Part shown: positions 1 through 12,657 of the stretch, in pieces
Layout of the letters: the number at the start of each line of letters is the position of its first letter
Position numbering within the stretch: the first letter of the stretch is position 1
Assembly (NCBI RefSeq): GCF_002113885.1
Contig: NW_018479929.1
Span: 1-64,000, forward strand
DNA length: 64,000 bases
Direction: 5' to 3'
Source: Mizuhopecten yessoensis
Taxonomy: Eukaryota
Program-made: the position numbers and the translations under genes
Notes under the pieces: generated by a model
Database searches by the model: none
What the model saw: the letters and a program-made list of their open reading frames with translations, nothing else
What the model was told of the DNA's origin: nothing

Positions 1-269
1 ATGCAAAATGAATTTGTCCACCATTATGAGATTGTCCTTACTTAGAAATTATTCTATCATATAAAACAACACTCCCATAATTATAATGAATGATACATAG
101 CATACATAACATACAAAGTATATGCCAATCAGATCAAAAGGGGGAAAGGCGGCCATAGGAAAAAGAAAGGATGATGAAGACACACAATGTTTATGATGTA
201 GAAGCACAGTCATAACTGATGGTTTTCATATTTAAGAGACATAATATCAAATCAGAAATATATAATGTA

Positions 270-3200
270 TTATATATGTGGAAATCTATGTGTAGCTGTG
301 ACAAACGCGGCAGTATATTCAAATATATTTACATTGGTTTGCTCATCACAATCACCACAGCCAGATAGAAGTACATCCACAGTGTAGTGATTGTGATTAA
401 CATCAAATAATTTGAAGGTTTTACGTGGTTCATCATACTTATTACGAATGAGAAAAAAATGATGTACTGTTTCATGGGCATTGCCACAGGTAAAAATTGG
501 TGATTCGAAAAGATGATCTCTGTGTAGATCAAAATTAAGATTACTTGAAGAATCACCTGCGTTGACATAGGTAAATTTTCTACTTGTGTCTAATAACATG
601 ATGTAATGTCAATTACAGCTCTTCTTAAAGGTTTTTTTTAAATTGGTAAAGTGATGTGCTGTTAGTCAGGTCCAACCTTGCTGCAAGTTCATTGTAATCT
701 TTAAGTGAAGACTAAATAAAGCTTTTGGCATAAGTATTTGTTCTGCACACAGGAATTGTAAAGATTCTTTCATTCCTTAACAGGTATGATTTTATATTTT
801 TGAAAAAGGGTTCAATTAATTCAGTTAAATAAATGGGTGCAGTTCCTATAAGAATTTTGTATAGAAAAATAAGTCTGTGTTTTTCCCGTCTTGCAGCAAG
901 GGTGTCCCGACGAAGTTANGTTGAAAAAGGGTTCAATTAATTCAGTTAAATAATTGGGTGCAGTTCCTATAAGAATTTTGTATAGAAAAAATATGTCTGT
1001 GTTTTTCCCGTCTTGCAGCAAGGGTGTCCCGACGAAGTTAACAATTTTATAGTGTGAGGTTCCTTTACGCAACCTGTAATTATTCAAGCAGCCTCTATTT
1101 GGATAGATTCAAGTAAAGTTGCCTCCTGCTGAGTACAATTATCAAAAAGGATATCACCATATTCAAGTATAGGTATAATATAAGCGATGTATATAGTGAT
1201 TAGTGTTTTACTACTCATTTTATATTTAAAGATTTCAATTAATTTATGCGATTATACGCTTTATTATAAATAAAGTTGATATGGTGATGCCACTTACCAT
1301 CTTCAGAGGAAAATATACCAAGAACTTATGCGTTGACACATTTGCTATAGTTTCATTTTGCAAAATGATATCATGAGATGTTATATTTCTTTTTCGACTA
1401 AAAGTTAAAGATTCCGTTTTAGTAGGATTAAAATGTATGTCCCATTTCTTAGACCATATATTAACATTTTCAAGATCACTAGATAGACTATTGGCTGCAT
1501 CGAGTGGAGTAGTTTGTATAACCTTAGAAAGAGATGTATCATCGGTAATTCAGTTATTTCATTTATATAAATCAGAAATAGAAACGGACCGAGGACGATT
1601 AGTTAAGTAATCTTTAAACCAATTAAGGATACTTCATGGACATTTCCTTATAAGGGTACCTCTAGTAAAGGTTATACATGGATAATAATTGAAAAACAGT
1701 AGAGTCACCATGAATAAATCCAGACTGCTATTTTGTTAATAGTTCGAATTCAAATAAGTGATTATATAAATGCTTGAACATGACATTTTCTAATATTTTA
1801 CTGAAACATGAAGTAATAGAAATTGGACGGTAATTTGAGACATCATATTTATCACCTTTACCTTTATATATAGCATTAATATTAGCCCATTTCCAAGGCA
1901 GAGGAGTAGAACCAGATGACATGGTTTTATTAAATAACATAGTAAGGGGAGGTATTAATGATGGAGAAAGAAGTTTAATAACTTTCGGCATGATTTCAGC
2001 AGATCCTGCAGGTTTCTTATCATTAAGTACAGTCAGTTGATCCCTCACATCCTGTTCTCGAAATAAAATGTAATTAAGTATGTTAGGTGACTCAGGAACA
2101 GGAGGCAAATGATCAATATTATCAGGGGATGTGGATATGGCTGTAAAATAATCAACAAGACATTCGACTTTATCAAGTGGATGGAACAAAACAGTGTTAT
2201 TGTCATTTAATGGTGGAATAATAGGTGACTTGTTAATTTTCAGAATAGTTTTTGTGGTTTTCCGCCATTTAGATGATGAGACATTGGGATCATTTAGAGA
2301 GTGTTTCAAATTTTGTATAGATCTATCTTAAGTGGTACGTATTAAGCTGATGGCTTCATTTCTGATGTTCCTAAAATTTGCCCATTGATCTGAATTATTG
2401 GTCTGGTTTTTTTTTATGGATTATATTCCTCAGTCTTAGTTTTAACCTTATCTCGTTTGACATCCATGGCTTATCATTTGGTCGGATAGTAATTTTCTGT
2501 ATAGGTATACAGTCATCTATAGCATTATTTATAGCATCAACAAGTCCAGTATTAAAACCATTTACATTTACATCTTGTTGTTCATTTATACTTACCCAGT
2601 TTATGTTATCAATCATCTGATTCATTTTTATAACATCAACATTATTATACAGGAGAACATTTTTTGTATATGCATGTTGTCTAAAAGAGTAAGAAGCACT
2701 GAAGTTGATTACAGAGTGATCACTACAGATTGGAGGAGTTACAATTACATTTTTAACAATAGTATCATTATTGGTAAGGACAAAATCAATTAAGGTAGCA
2801 GAATCCTGAGTTATTCTTGTAGGATCTTTTACATAATTGTACAGAATACATTTTGTTAAAAGTCTTTTTAAACGAGAGTTTGGCTAAATATTGCTCATAT
2901 TTACATTAATGTCACCATTAATAATAATGTATGCATTTGTTCGCCTAGAGTCATCAATTACATGATCTAGTAAATTATCAAGCTTGTTCCAGTAATCAAT
3001 ACTACTGTCTTGAGGTCTATAAATACAACCTAGGAGGAGTTTTTTGTTGCTAATTGTAATCTCTGACCATAATAATTCTGAATCAGGAATCTCGAGATCT
3101 GGTCTTCTTTTCATAATGATAATGTCCTTATAATGAATTATAATGCCTCCCCCCGGACGTAGACAGCCGTCTTTTCTGAAAATTTGTCAAGAAATTTTTT

Positions 3201-3450
3201 TGGGAGTAAATAATATATATATCGTCAATGTCATGATTTTTTCCATGAAGATGTCTTTCAGTTAAACATATACATATAATATCTTTATCATTCAATTCAG
3301 CTTCAACTATATCCAGTTTATTTCTTACTGAACAGATGTTTAAGTAACTAAAGTCAAGACTGCATAAAGGACCTAGATTTTTTTCAATATCCATATACAT
3401 TATGATTAGTATTAATATTAGAACAAATGAGAAATGGTAATTTCAATAAT
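270..3450 (-). mobile_element. Degenerate CR1/L2-clade non-LTR retrotransposon ORF2 (APE endonuclease - reverse transcriptase - C-terminal Cys/His motif), fragmented by stops and frameshifts
   Basis: Collinear minus-strand ORF pieces: NICSVRNK..ICLTE (3128-3400); ELLWSEI..GCIYRP..GDINVN (2884-3114); DKPWMSNEIR (2395-2625); WKWANINAIYKGKGDK..NYRPISITSCFSKILE (1728-2309); CG..ETVHHFF..KY (270-599). Confidence 0.93.
800..1040. other. About 120-bp duplication across a single N (919); probable contig-join artefact
   Basis: 800-918 and 921-1040 are near-identical direct copies separated by N. Confidence 0.85.
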
Positions 3451-4582
3451 AATATATTTAATATAGGAGTTTGTGTCTGCCAGGTTTGCCATAGAATAAC
3501 CAAGACTGATTGTTACATGAACAGAATGTACATAAACAATACTAATAATCAAGAGTAATAAGCAGAAACTGACAACCACTGGGATGCACTCCATGCAGTA
3601 TAGTCAAACTATACTTGTAAGCACAAATATTATCCGTTATCAAACGGATACAATTAAATTACAAATCCATGGGGTACAAATCAGCAGTCGCAATACTTTT
3701 CAGATAAAACGGGCCACCGTTAGAAAAGAAATCGGATAAACATATATTATGTGGTAATAAACATGATAAAGATAAAATGGAGATATTTAAATACACAACT
3801 ATTATATACATTTATGTTACTTTCATACAGCCGATTGCATGTAGCTAGTGACAGGGATTTACAACTGTTGAATGTAAGTAGAGAGCTTGTTGTAGTGTAG
3901 TGGATTGAGTGCCAGTTATACACCTAAGTGATCTAGATGATTTGTATACTAAACTAGACCGGATACTGTATTCCGGATATTTCAATTCTTACAACACTTC
4001 ATCTTGTATATTGGATATTTAACAGAAAATCGTATTTATTGTTATTTCTATCGTTAATCGGTCATTTTAAACTAAATTAAGAGGAAGACGGATGAACAGA
4101 GACAACATTTGCTTCTGACAAAGACCAATGATTTCAATCTTGTTAATCATGGGGTAGCAATCAAGATATCTATGAGACTAGAAGAGTGATCTCCCTTTTA
4201 TCAGTATTTAATTTAAATAGTAGCTTTATAATAAGCCATATTGTGAGCATTATAGTGACTTTAACGATGTTTTTTGGACAAGTATTTGGACATTTAAATA
4301 GTACAAATGTTATACATTAATATAGTGTAGGGAGTACATGTTGCCTGCATAGTACACTTCACTGAATGAAAGAGTTAACATAGTATTCATGCAACATTTC
4401 TATATTGTACAATATAATATTACAGTTGTGGGAACGCACAACGCACCAACAAAACCGTGCGCACACCGTGCATACATCGTTCACACACCGTCCGCACATC
4501 GTCCACACATGGTGCGCACAACTGTGCGATTTAACAATCGCTCGCCCCGTTGTGCGCTTCTCTCCGCACATCTGTGCGATAT

Positions 4583-5034
4583 GGACTAAGACCACAATTA
4601 ATTTTACTATGATTCATTGTTACATTTAATTTCATAGCAAGTTCCCAATATCCGATAGCCAACTTTCCATCTAACCTGGTCAAGAGCAACATCTTGGGAG
4701 TAAAATATCAAAATTTCAACATAGCATGTTGGCCTTTTTCTTGAGATAATCGTCTGCATGTGTCACCAATGTCAAAAATAAACTTCCGGGTCAGGGGAAG
4801 AGGTGAATACAGGCCTTTTCACACAGCACCCTGCACCAAAAAAATAAATGCACAATATAAAAATTTGACACAGAAATTGTTAGATTGATATCTCCATAGT
4901 ATTTTAACACCAAACTTTTACACAAACACCAAGTTCTTAGAGGCATAGTATAGTTTTTACTAAAGTACCTATACTTCTAAGGGACTTCATTCGTGGGTAC
5001 TGAACCCGGAAGCATTTAATTGTGACCTCAGTCC
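4583..5034. mobile_element. Non-autonomous DNA transposon (MITE) with about 19-bp TIRs and ATAT flanks
   Basis: ATATGGACTAAGACCACAATTAA (4579-4601) is the reverse complement (20/23) of TTAATTGTGACCTCAGTCCATAT (5016-5038). ATAT on both sides is compatible with a 4-bp AWWT TSD. No coding capacity. Confidence 0.7.
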
Positions 5035-5464
5035 ATATGGTACAATTTGTTGATCAATATTACGGAATGGAAAAAATACGAATGCTCGTATGCAATAAAG
5101 TACATTGTATATATCACTGTGATTTCTCATCACTATAATCAGAGACGTATACGTCTCTGCTAAAATTAAGAGTATGTACAAGTTTGCAATGCGTGTGATA
5201 CTGTATACAGTGATCGTTAGACTGTCAAGAATGGGTTTGGCTACAGGTAAATAACAATTTGATGAGTGACCGGAGTTTTACCTGGCCTGTACTTGACACA
5301 TAACGCTGATATATAATACCGGCTCATTCCCCGAATACCAACTCTTGAAAATTCAAAGGAAGATGTTTATATAGGAAATCCTTTGAAGTTTAGTTATAGC
5401 CTGTTTCAACTAAGAATGTTAACTCATTTTGTATATATGATACTCAAGTCAATAATAAAATGGA

Positions 5465-5900
5465 TAGAAAGTTTTTATTCATACATATAATAACTGTAAT
5501 ACACATTTAATACAGCACTAAGTAATAGAAAATAATAATTAAATATTGATATTTACATTATATGATAAAAAAAATAGCATTACATTATATGAGAATTAAA
5601 ATTCTTAATACAAGCCACATTGATACTAATGTCAGCATTAACATAAAGTTTTTATTCATACATTTAATAACTGTAATACACATTTATACAGCACTGAGTA
5701 ATAGAATATAATCATTAAATATTGATATTTACATTATATGAAAAAAAAATAGCATTACATTATATGAAAAAAAAGCATTACATTATATGAAAAATAAAAT
5801 TCCTTAATACAAGCCACATTGATACTAATGTCAGCAATAAAATAAAGTTTCTATTCATACATATAACAGTAATACACATTCAATACAGCACTAAAGGATA
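5465..5900. repeat. Three about 180-200 bp AT-rich direct repeats inside the MULE
   Basis: AAGTTT(T/C)TATTCATACAT...AATACACATT..ATACAGCACT recurs near 5469, 5646 and 5845. Confidence 0.8.
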
Positions 5901-6009
5901 ATTATTAAACATGAATATAAACAGTAAACCACTAAATGAAGCTGAAGTTTCTAGCACAAATCACATTCTCTATATATATCACTTAAGTCTCTAGCACAAA
6001 ACACTCTAT

Positions 6010-7000
6010 CCCAGATGCAGAAGCTGTGATGCTGAGTCGGCGTAGGTCGTCAGGTCGATAGTTCCAGTCTGATAACGGTCTTTCAGGGTGTCCAGGCGTC
6101 TGTCGATGTTGGCGTATCTCTTCTTTCGGGGTTGAGTAGTGCCTCCTGCATCTCTCTGGATCCGGCTGATGTCATTCACGTTCTGTATGTCCTTAAACGT
6201 CTGGATGATGGTGTAGATGTTGGGGTGGGCATGCAGTACTCTTTTCTTCAGTTTTCCGTGCCAAGCTTCCAGATGGTTGGTAGTTCCTTGGTTGGTAGGT
6301 CCTTATGTTGAGAAGTGTTTCCAGGTTGGTCCGTCTCCTTCTACCCATTGCTCTGTGACGTAGTCTGTGAAAAGCAGCACGGGATGTGATATGTCAGCAT
6401 CATCAGCATTTTCAAGGGTTTGGAACTAGACGTCTTCTATGCGGTCTCAGGGGATGAGTGGAAGAACAGCAGCTCGGCGGACAAGTAGTTTGACGTCATC
6501 GTTCTCACGGTACAGTGTCTGGAGTCCGGTTGACTTGGCCTTTCGCCAAATACATTGAGTGTAATGGAAAAAACAGCCTTTTATGTTGATTCCAGGGACG
6601 ACAATGCGGATGGCGTTGTGTGCTGCCACCTCAAAATCGATGAAGGCTGTTGTGGGTCGGAATGGAATCTGGAAGTTTGCCATGTGTTCCTGTATTAGCG
6701 TGAAGAAACGATTGTAGATAGCCTGGCTCTTTCCGGGAAGTAGTGCATATGTAACTGGGGTCATGATTCCTTCAATCTGTACGTGAATGCTGTAAATCTG
6801 GTAAAATATAGTAGGACAGGTGTAGAAGGTGCCGTCACTGAAGATTACATCGGAGGCTGCAAGTTCGGCCATGTTCTCTGATGTAGCGAATGCAATAATT
6901 CTGTTGTTCTGTTCATCGTCGTCGAAGAGGAGAAATGGTTCGCCTGTAGATGTTTCTGTCCATCTACCATCCAAGGTGATGTCGGTCAAGGTCTTTGGTA
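6010..7000 (-). pseudogene. MULE DDE transposase remnant (N-terminus missing, in-frame stops)
   Basis: Motifs DGTFYTCP..FYQIYSIH, YALLPGKSQAIYNRFF, DFEVAAHNA, GCFFHYTQCIWRK. Past the stop at 6447 it continues to DYVTEQWVEG and TTNHLEAWHGKLKK. Confidence 0.92.
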
Positions 7001-7250
7001 GCACACAATAACAGATAAAGTCACACAAGTTCACACAAATATGGAAATAAGTACAAGTTTTATCTGACAATAATTATAAGAGAAATCATACGAGTCTGAA
7101 AGTACAAGTTTAACTAATATCTATGTATCAAAGCACACAATAATAGATAAAGTCACACAAGTTCACACAAATCTGAAAATAAGTACAAGTTTTATATGAC
7201 AATAATTATAAAAGAAATCACACAAGTCTGAAGGTACAAGTTTAACTAAA
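7000..7250. repeat. Two about 132-bp direct repeats inside the MULE
   Basis: AGCACACAATAA(C/T)AGATAAAGTCACACAAGTTCACACAAAT at about 7000 and 7132. Confidence 0.85.
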
Positions 7251-7877
7251 ACGATGACAAATTCTGAATACAAAATTCACATTCACTGAGTAAAGAAGTT
7301 GATGTTTCAGTACAGAGCGAAATATGATAATTCTCCAAAGTGTGCTGCTGTTTTATACATTACCCATTTAACAGCTTGGGAACAGCTTAATATTCTAAAT
7401 ATTATTGATTCTTTTGCAATTATTAGCAGCTTAGTTATAAGAAGAATAGCTTGGAATCAGAACTCTAAATATTAATTATTATTTTGCAATTATTAGCAGC
7501 TATTGATTATCTGATTAGTTATCAGAAGTTGATTTACCTGTGTAATTTACCTGTACACTTTACTGCAATAGACTATAACTCACTATCATCACAAATGACC
7601 ACCTATGTAAACATGTGATTTTAAGCAGAGTTGGTATTCGGGGAAGACACCATAATACCGTATAACCGTTATGAAAACTCAACTGGACGTTTAATATTTG
7701 TTATTTGCATTCGTTTTGGTCTATAGTTCCCCTTCATCTGGTTTTCACACCTTGGCGAGTTACGTAAGTGCCCCGGGCGGGGTAAACTACGGTCCAGGTA
7801 CAAAGTGGCAATGTTTACCTGTGTAGCCGAGACTGTGTTGTAAATTTACACGTTACCAGATCTCAAGCTCTCATAGG

Positions 7878-9712
7878 TTATCCGGAGTGAGCACTGGTAG
7901 CATGATCTGAGGAGGGGTCACGGAGGCGCTTGGTGATCTTTTTGGAGTTCTGGTAGTCATGTAGAGTTCGGGGTCTGTTGATAGGTCTGGGAGGAGGGTC
8001 CGGATACGCCCTGAGGTCATCTAATAAAGTGACGGTCGTATTTTGGTGGTCATTACCTCGTATCACAATCCTACCATCCTGTGTCCAAGTACCTGATATT
8101 AATATAATATAATAGTACTGAACGCAGGCATATGCCTATATATCCAGATCAGGTGTATCGTCAGACTCTAAGCTGACACCCCGACAGTTAATTAGTTCAT
8201 TATTATCAATTTCATGGTTATAATAGCATTCTGGTTTTCCCCAGTGCTTATCCAGTCGGGCTTCAAACGTTTTTAGTGTTGGTGATGTGATGTGACGACG
8301 TGGGTTGGCAGTGAGTTCCAATGGTTGACTACTCTTTCTTTAAAGGCATACTTTCTTAAGTTTAATTTACACATTCCTTTTCCAAGTGGAAGGCTATGAC
8401 TTCTTGTTCGTTTGTTATCGTTTATATTTAAAAACTCTTTCGTTACAGAAGTGTCATAGCATCCTTGTGACAGTTTGTAAACTTGTACCATATCCCGTCG
8501 TACTCTTCTGTGTTTTAGCGTTGGTAATTTTAGTACCTTTAATCTGGCTTGATAACTTACTTCTTTCATTCCTGGTATCTATTTTGTTGCTTTCCTCTGC
8601 ACATTTTCAATATCGTTAATGTCCTTTTGAAGGTATGGATTCCAAATGCAAGCTCCGTATTCCAGATGTGGTCTCAAGAGCGCTTTATACAAGAGACAAA
8701 AAGTTGTTGCATCTAAATATGTATATGTTCTATTTGCCTTGTTGACCGATTCTTGTATATGATCAGTATTTAAGTTTGTTGTCTGTAATTACTCCGAGAT
8801 CCTTTTGATTCTCCCTTCATCGGTTTCTTTATACAAGTATAGCGGCGCGGTATTGATATTTTTTTCCTAGTGTAAGTACTTTGCATTTGTCCGGATGGAA
8901 TTTCAGTAGCCATGTATCTGACCATTTTTGGAGCTGGTCCAGTTCTTCCTGTGGGTTGATGTTTTCGCTGTGATTATACATTTTAGTGTCATCCGCGAAT
9001 ATAAATGTTGATGATTTTATCAGTTCTTGTAGGTCATTGATGTATATTACGAACAATGATGGTCCGAGGACACTGTCCTGAAGGATTCCACTGGTTACTT
9101 CCATCCATTTTGTTGCTTTGCAATTTACTGATACCCTTTGTTTCCTGTATGATATAAAACATTTCACCCAATTTATAATTTAAGCTGATAGTCCGTATGA
9201 ATGTAATTTAGCTATAAGGCGCTTATGTGGTACAGTATCAAATGCCTTCGTGAAATCTAGATACACAGTTTGGATTGATCCTCCTTGGTCGAGTATTTCC
9301 GTCCAGTTATCAATGACCTTTTGTAGTTGTAGTACCGTCGATCTTGCTTTGACAAACCCGTATTGGTGCTTATTTAATAAATCGTTTCTCCATGATTTTA
9401 CATATTATATTCTGTTTTTTGAGATATCTCGTCTTGGTTGTTGAAAAGATCAAACCGTTTCTCATATACTAGGGCACGAACTCTATATGAGATGAACCGA
9501 ACAATGATGTCCTGGGGGTAATTGGGATTAGGCTTCCCTACCCTATGAGAGCGGCTAATATCAGCGCTGTCAACCATTAGGCCTAGAGTCTCAATACACG
9601 CATCAATTATCAGCTGCTCAGTATCTTCCCCTTTAGACTGCGGCAAACCCCTGAACTTCAAGCAGTTACGCCTTGAATATTGCTCTAGGTCGTCCAAACG
9701 GTCTTCCAACTT
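7878..9712 (-). pseudogene. LINE ORF1-type (coiled-coil/RRM/CTD) gene remnant, split by a nested LINE insertion
   Basis: The N part (9402-9709) has LEQYSRRNCLKFRGLP..ISRSHRVG..IIVRFISYRVR. The C part (7878-8101) has ISGTWTQDGRIVIR..VTLLDDL, typical of ORF1 C-terminal domains. Confidence 0.8.
8102..9401 (-). mobile_element. 5'-truncated CR1/L2-type LINE (RT to 3' end with short-repeat tail)
   Basis: HQYGF, YLDFTKAFDTVPH, SVLGPSLFVIYINDL, FADDTK, WLLKFHPDKCKVL, RVVNHWNSLP and FEARLDKHW. (ATTAT)n-like tail at 8102-8114. ATATTA duplicated at 8096-8101 and 9402-9407. Confidence 0.92.
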
Positions 9713-12657
9713 TTTAACCTGGAGTTTGTAGGTCCGAGATACCTAGGGCAGACTGTAGGGATGTATTGTACAAGTCATTAATTAACAGTCGTCTCACATT
9801 TTCATCCACCTGTTGTGGATCTCGGACTGCGATCAATGTGTAGATTTTTTTTTTAACTTTATAAGGCAATTCTGGAGTAGTGTGTAGCGCCTTCGTGTAC
9901 ATATACGTGTAACTCAATATGGCCTCGTAAATCTCGTGCAGATCGATAGGTATAGACAATTAAAATGTTCAAACAATAATGGCGTGAGGCTTCAATCTAT
10001 CAATATTTGTGATTACCAGTGAAAGAAGAATGTCTTCATCTAATCAACATTCACATCTGCGGAATAATGAAGAATTTTGAGTAAATCCATTTACCTGTCG
10101 AAATCACTGCCTGTAGTCCATGACCGGAAGTTCTGTACACCTGTTTTGGGTATATGTGCATGCATGTGTGCGTTTGCCGAAGTTGTATACTGACGATGGA
10201 TAAGCCTGTTGTTGCCATTACCCTAAATGTTGAACGCTTAGCAGGAAAAAACAGCTGCATCTGTAATGACTTTAGCATGTCCTTGCCTCAGGACAAAAAC
10301 TCATTGCCTTCCTTACCTGGGCGAACATTCTATATTCAAACGAGAAGTGAGATAATGCCAAGCAAGTCGCAAGAAAATAGAAGGTAGTTAGAAGTAGACA
10401 GAAATATAAAGATCCCACATATGCAATGAAGTGCAGCAGCTTTATTTTGGTCGCCAAAGCAAATCCCCAATTCAGAGGTTGCTTCACACATTAGTTGCAA
10501 TTTACGACACATGCAGTGGGTATAGTCAGTTGTATTCTTTTCTCGATAACCGACCTGCAGCAGTGCAGAGCAGTGCAGAGGAGTGTTTCAATGTTAATAT
10601 AACGACTGTGAAAAATGAAAGTATCAGTTCGGTGTTTACTGAAATAACGTATGTTTACATTTGTCAATACGTTTTTTTTAAGATTATTTATGTTCTAGTG
10701 TTTAATGTTAAAGAAGACATTTTATGAGCTTTTTCAAAAATGAGAAATATGGTTTGTATTTATATACAAGTAACTGTGTGTTGTTTTAGTCGCAGACAAT
10801 TCGTATCGACATTTAACGCATCAAACTTTTTTTTATGTTATACCAAGTTCTTTATTAAATCTCAACGATACTCTTTTTTCATCATCGTATTCCGTAATAT
10901 CGTACTTCGAAAACTCTTTACTATCATATTATTTCTTTGGATTTATAAGCTAACATTCTTAAAAGAAATCTTTTTAGGTTTTGTTAGATAACTGTTTCTC
11001 TTGTAGAATCTATAGTTGGCTGATAATATCACCACACACACGGAACTTTATGTAATTTTATAAATGATATATGGGAATATGACGTAAATGATGAGGCAAA
11101 TCGCACCTTTGAGGATACTGTCATCACATTTCCTTTGCTATATACCTGGTTTTGGAAGCCTTATGTGTTATTTTCAACACTTCAATAGAATATTCATACG
11201 TAAACGAGGTAAATGAACCCCTGTCTTTTTGATTATCTAATTCAACACAGAACTTTATCTAGATAATTATTTCAAACACTGTAATCAAATAAGTTAAGTT
11301 TCCTCTGTGCACTGTGTGCAAAATCAATATGTTTCAAACGGTAGAATTGTTTTTGATTTCTACCTCTAAAAAATTAAAAAATAAACCCGCCTTTACCGAA
11401 AGTTTTACTATGAAAGATACATTTTTATTGTAAAACACTCTGTTTTAACGACATTTTAACTGAACTGAAGACATCTTTAAGCAAAACTGTTTCCTTATTT
11501 TTAAGCTGAGGTTACTTTTATGACCTCACAGGGATGCATGTTGTTATTTTGTGTGATATGAAGGTCGATGATTTTGACTATGCTCATTAAAGTGTCATGG
11601 ATTTTTGGTAATTACTAGTCGACTCGTCGATTTGAGGACGTTTCAATACTTAGATTTGACCTCGAATCACATGGCGGGCGTCGTTAATGTAGAAGAAGAC
11701 GCCAATATCTTCGAAAACGGTACACAGTGGGCTTCAACTGACTTTAAGCTTCAGAACGATCACATGAATAAGGGCCCTTATCATATTTTCCTCTTTCCTT
11801 TTCAAAAGAATCCATGTAAATAATTCCTTTGTTTATATTGTTTTATCGATTTATGTTTACATATATCCCCTTTTCAGCCTGATAAACTCTGAATGCGTAT
11901 AAATTAGCATATACCCAATAAAAAAGGCTCGGCGGATTGGTATCTGTTTCAAATATGGCGCCGTTAACGCTTTAGCTCGATAACTGTTCGATTACAGACA
12001 TTGTTTGGTTCCTTCAACATCTGGAAACATAGATCATATTCTGTATCCATTATGATTATACAACAAAGGGATGCTGGTTAACTTCTTTTTCCACGAATGC
12101 ACATTCATTTTTTTCCTCTCAATAAAGCAAACAATGGCGGCTTCCTTTTGCGACGTTCGCATCACTCCCAGAACAGTGTATCAATGCGTGTACATAACGA
12201 CCGTTATTAATGAATAAATATGTTCGAACGGCTACTTATATTTTTTTTTATTAAAAATTAAAAGGCGATGAAAAGAAGAAAAATAGTGTTGTTCACTGCG
12301 TATTTTTTACCAATATATCGATGCACGCTCACTGTAACTATATTATCCTAGCAACCCCGGCTACCGTAGTTACCATCGTAGCAACCCACTTCGAATGTGT
12401 TTTTTTTTTTTTATAGCATTCGGGCATTATTTATGTTGTAAATATATGGATTGACCTTCATTTTGACAGCTTATAATGTAGTATGAACGCAGTTGGCAAC
12501 GAACATATTCTATGGTGCGCGTTAGAACATGTTCGTTCCCAACTGTGTTCATACTACCGTATACGCCGTCATAATGCAGGTCAATCCTTAAATAGTTCGA
12601 ATTACAGTTTTGTTAACACTTCGGTATTCTTTTGTTATTCTCATGTCTTTGGATGTC

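Larger units (their letters stand above)
5321..7651 (-). mobile_element. Mutator-like (MULE) DNA transposon, internally deleted, with TIRs and 8-9 bp TSD
   Basis: Left TIR GGCTCATTCCCCGAATACCAACTCT (from 5321). Right TIR AGAGTTGGTATTCGGGGAAGACACC (to 7651). Direct repeat ATAATACC(G) at 5313-5320/21 and 7652-7659/60. Transposase remnant inside. Confidence 0.92.

Noticed and set aside
10030-10580. Moderately GC-rich, coding-like stretch (also about 15050-15570 and about 40100-40800)
   Set aside because: Multiple stops in the frames examined and no motif I can recognise; may be ancient pseudogene or TE debris.
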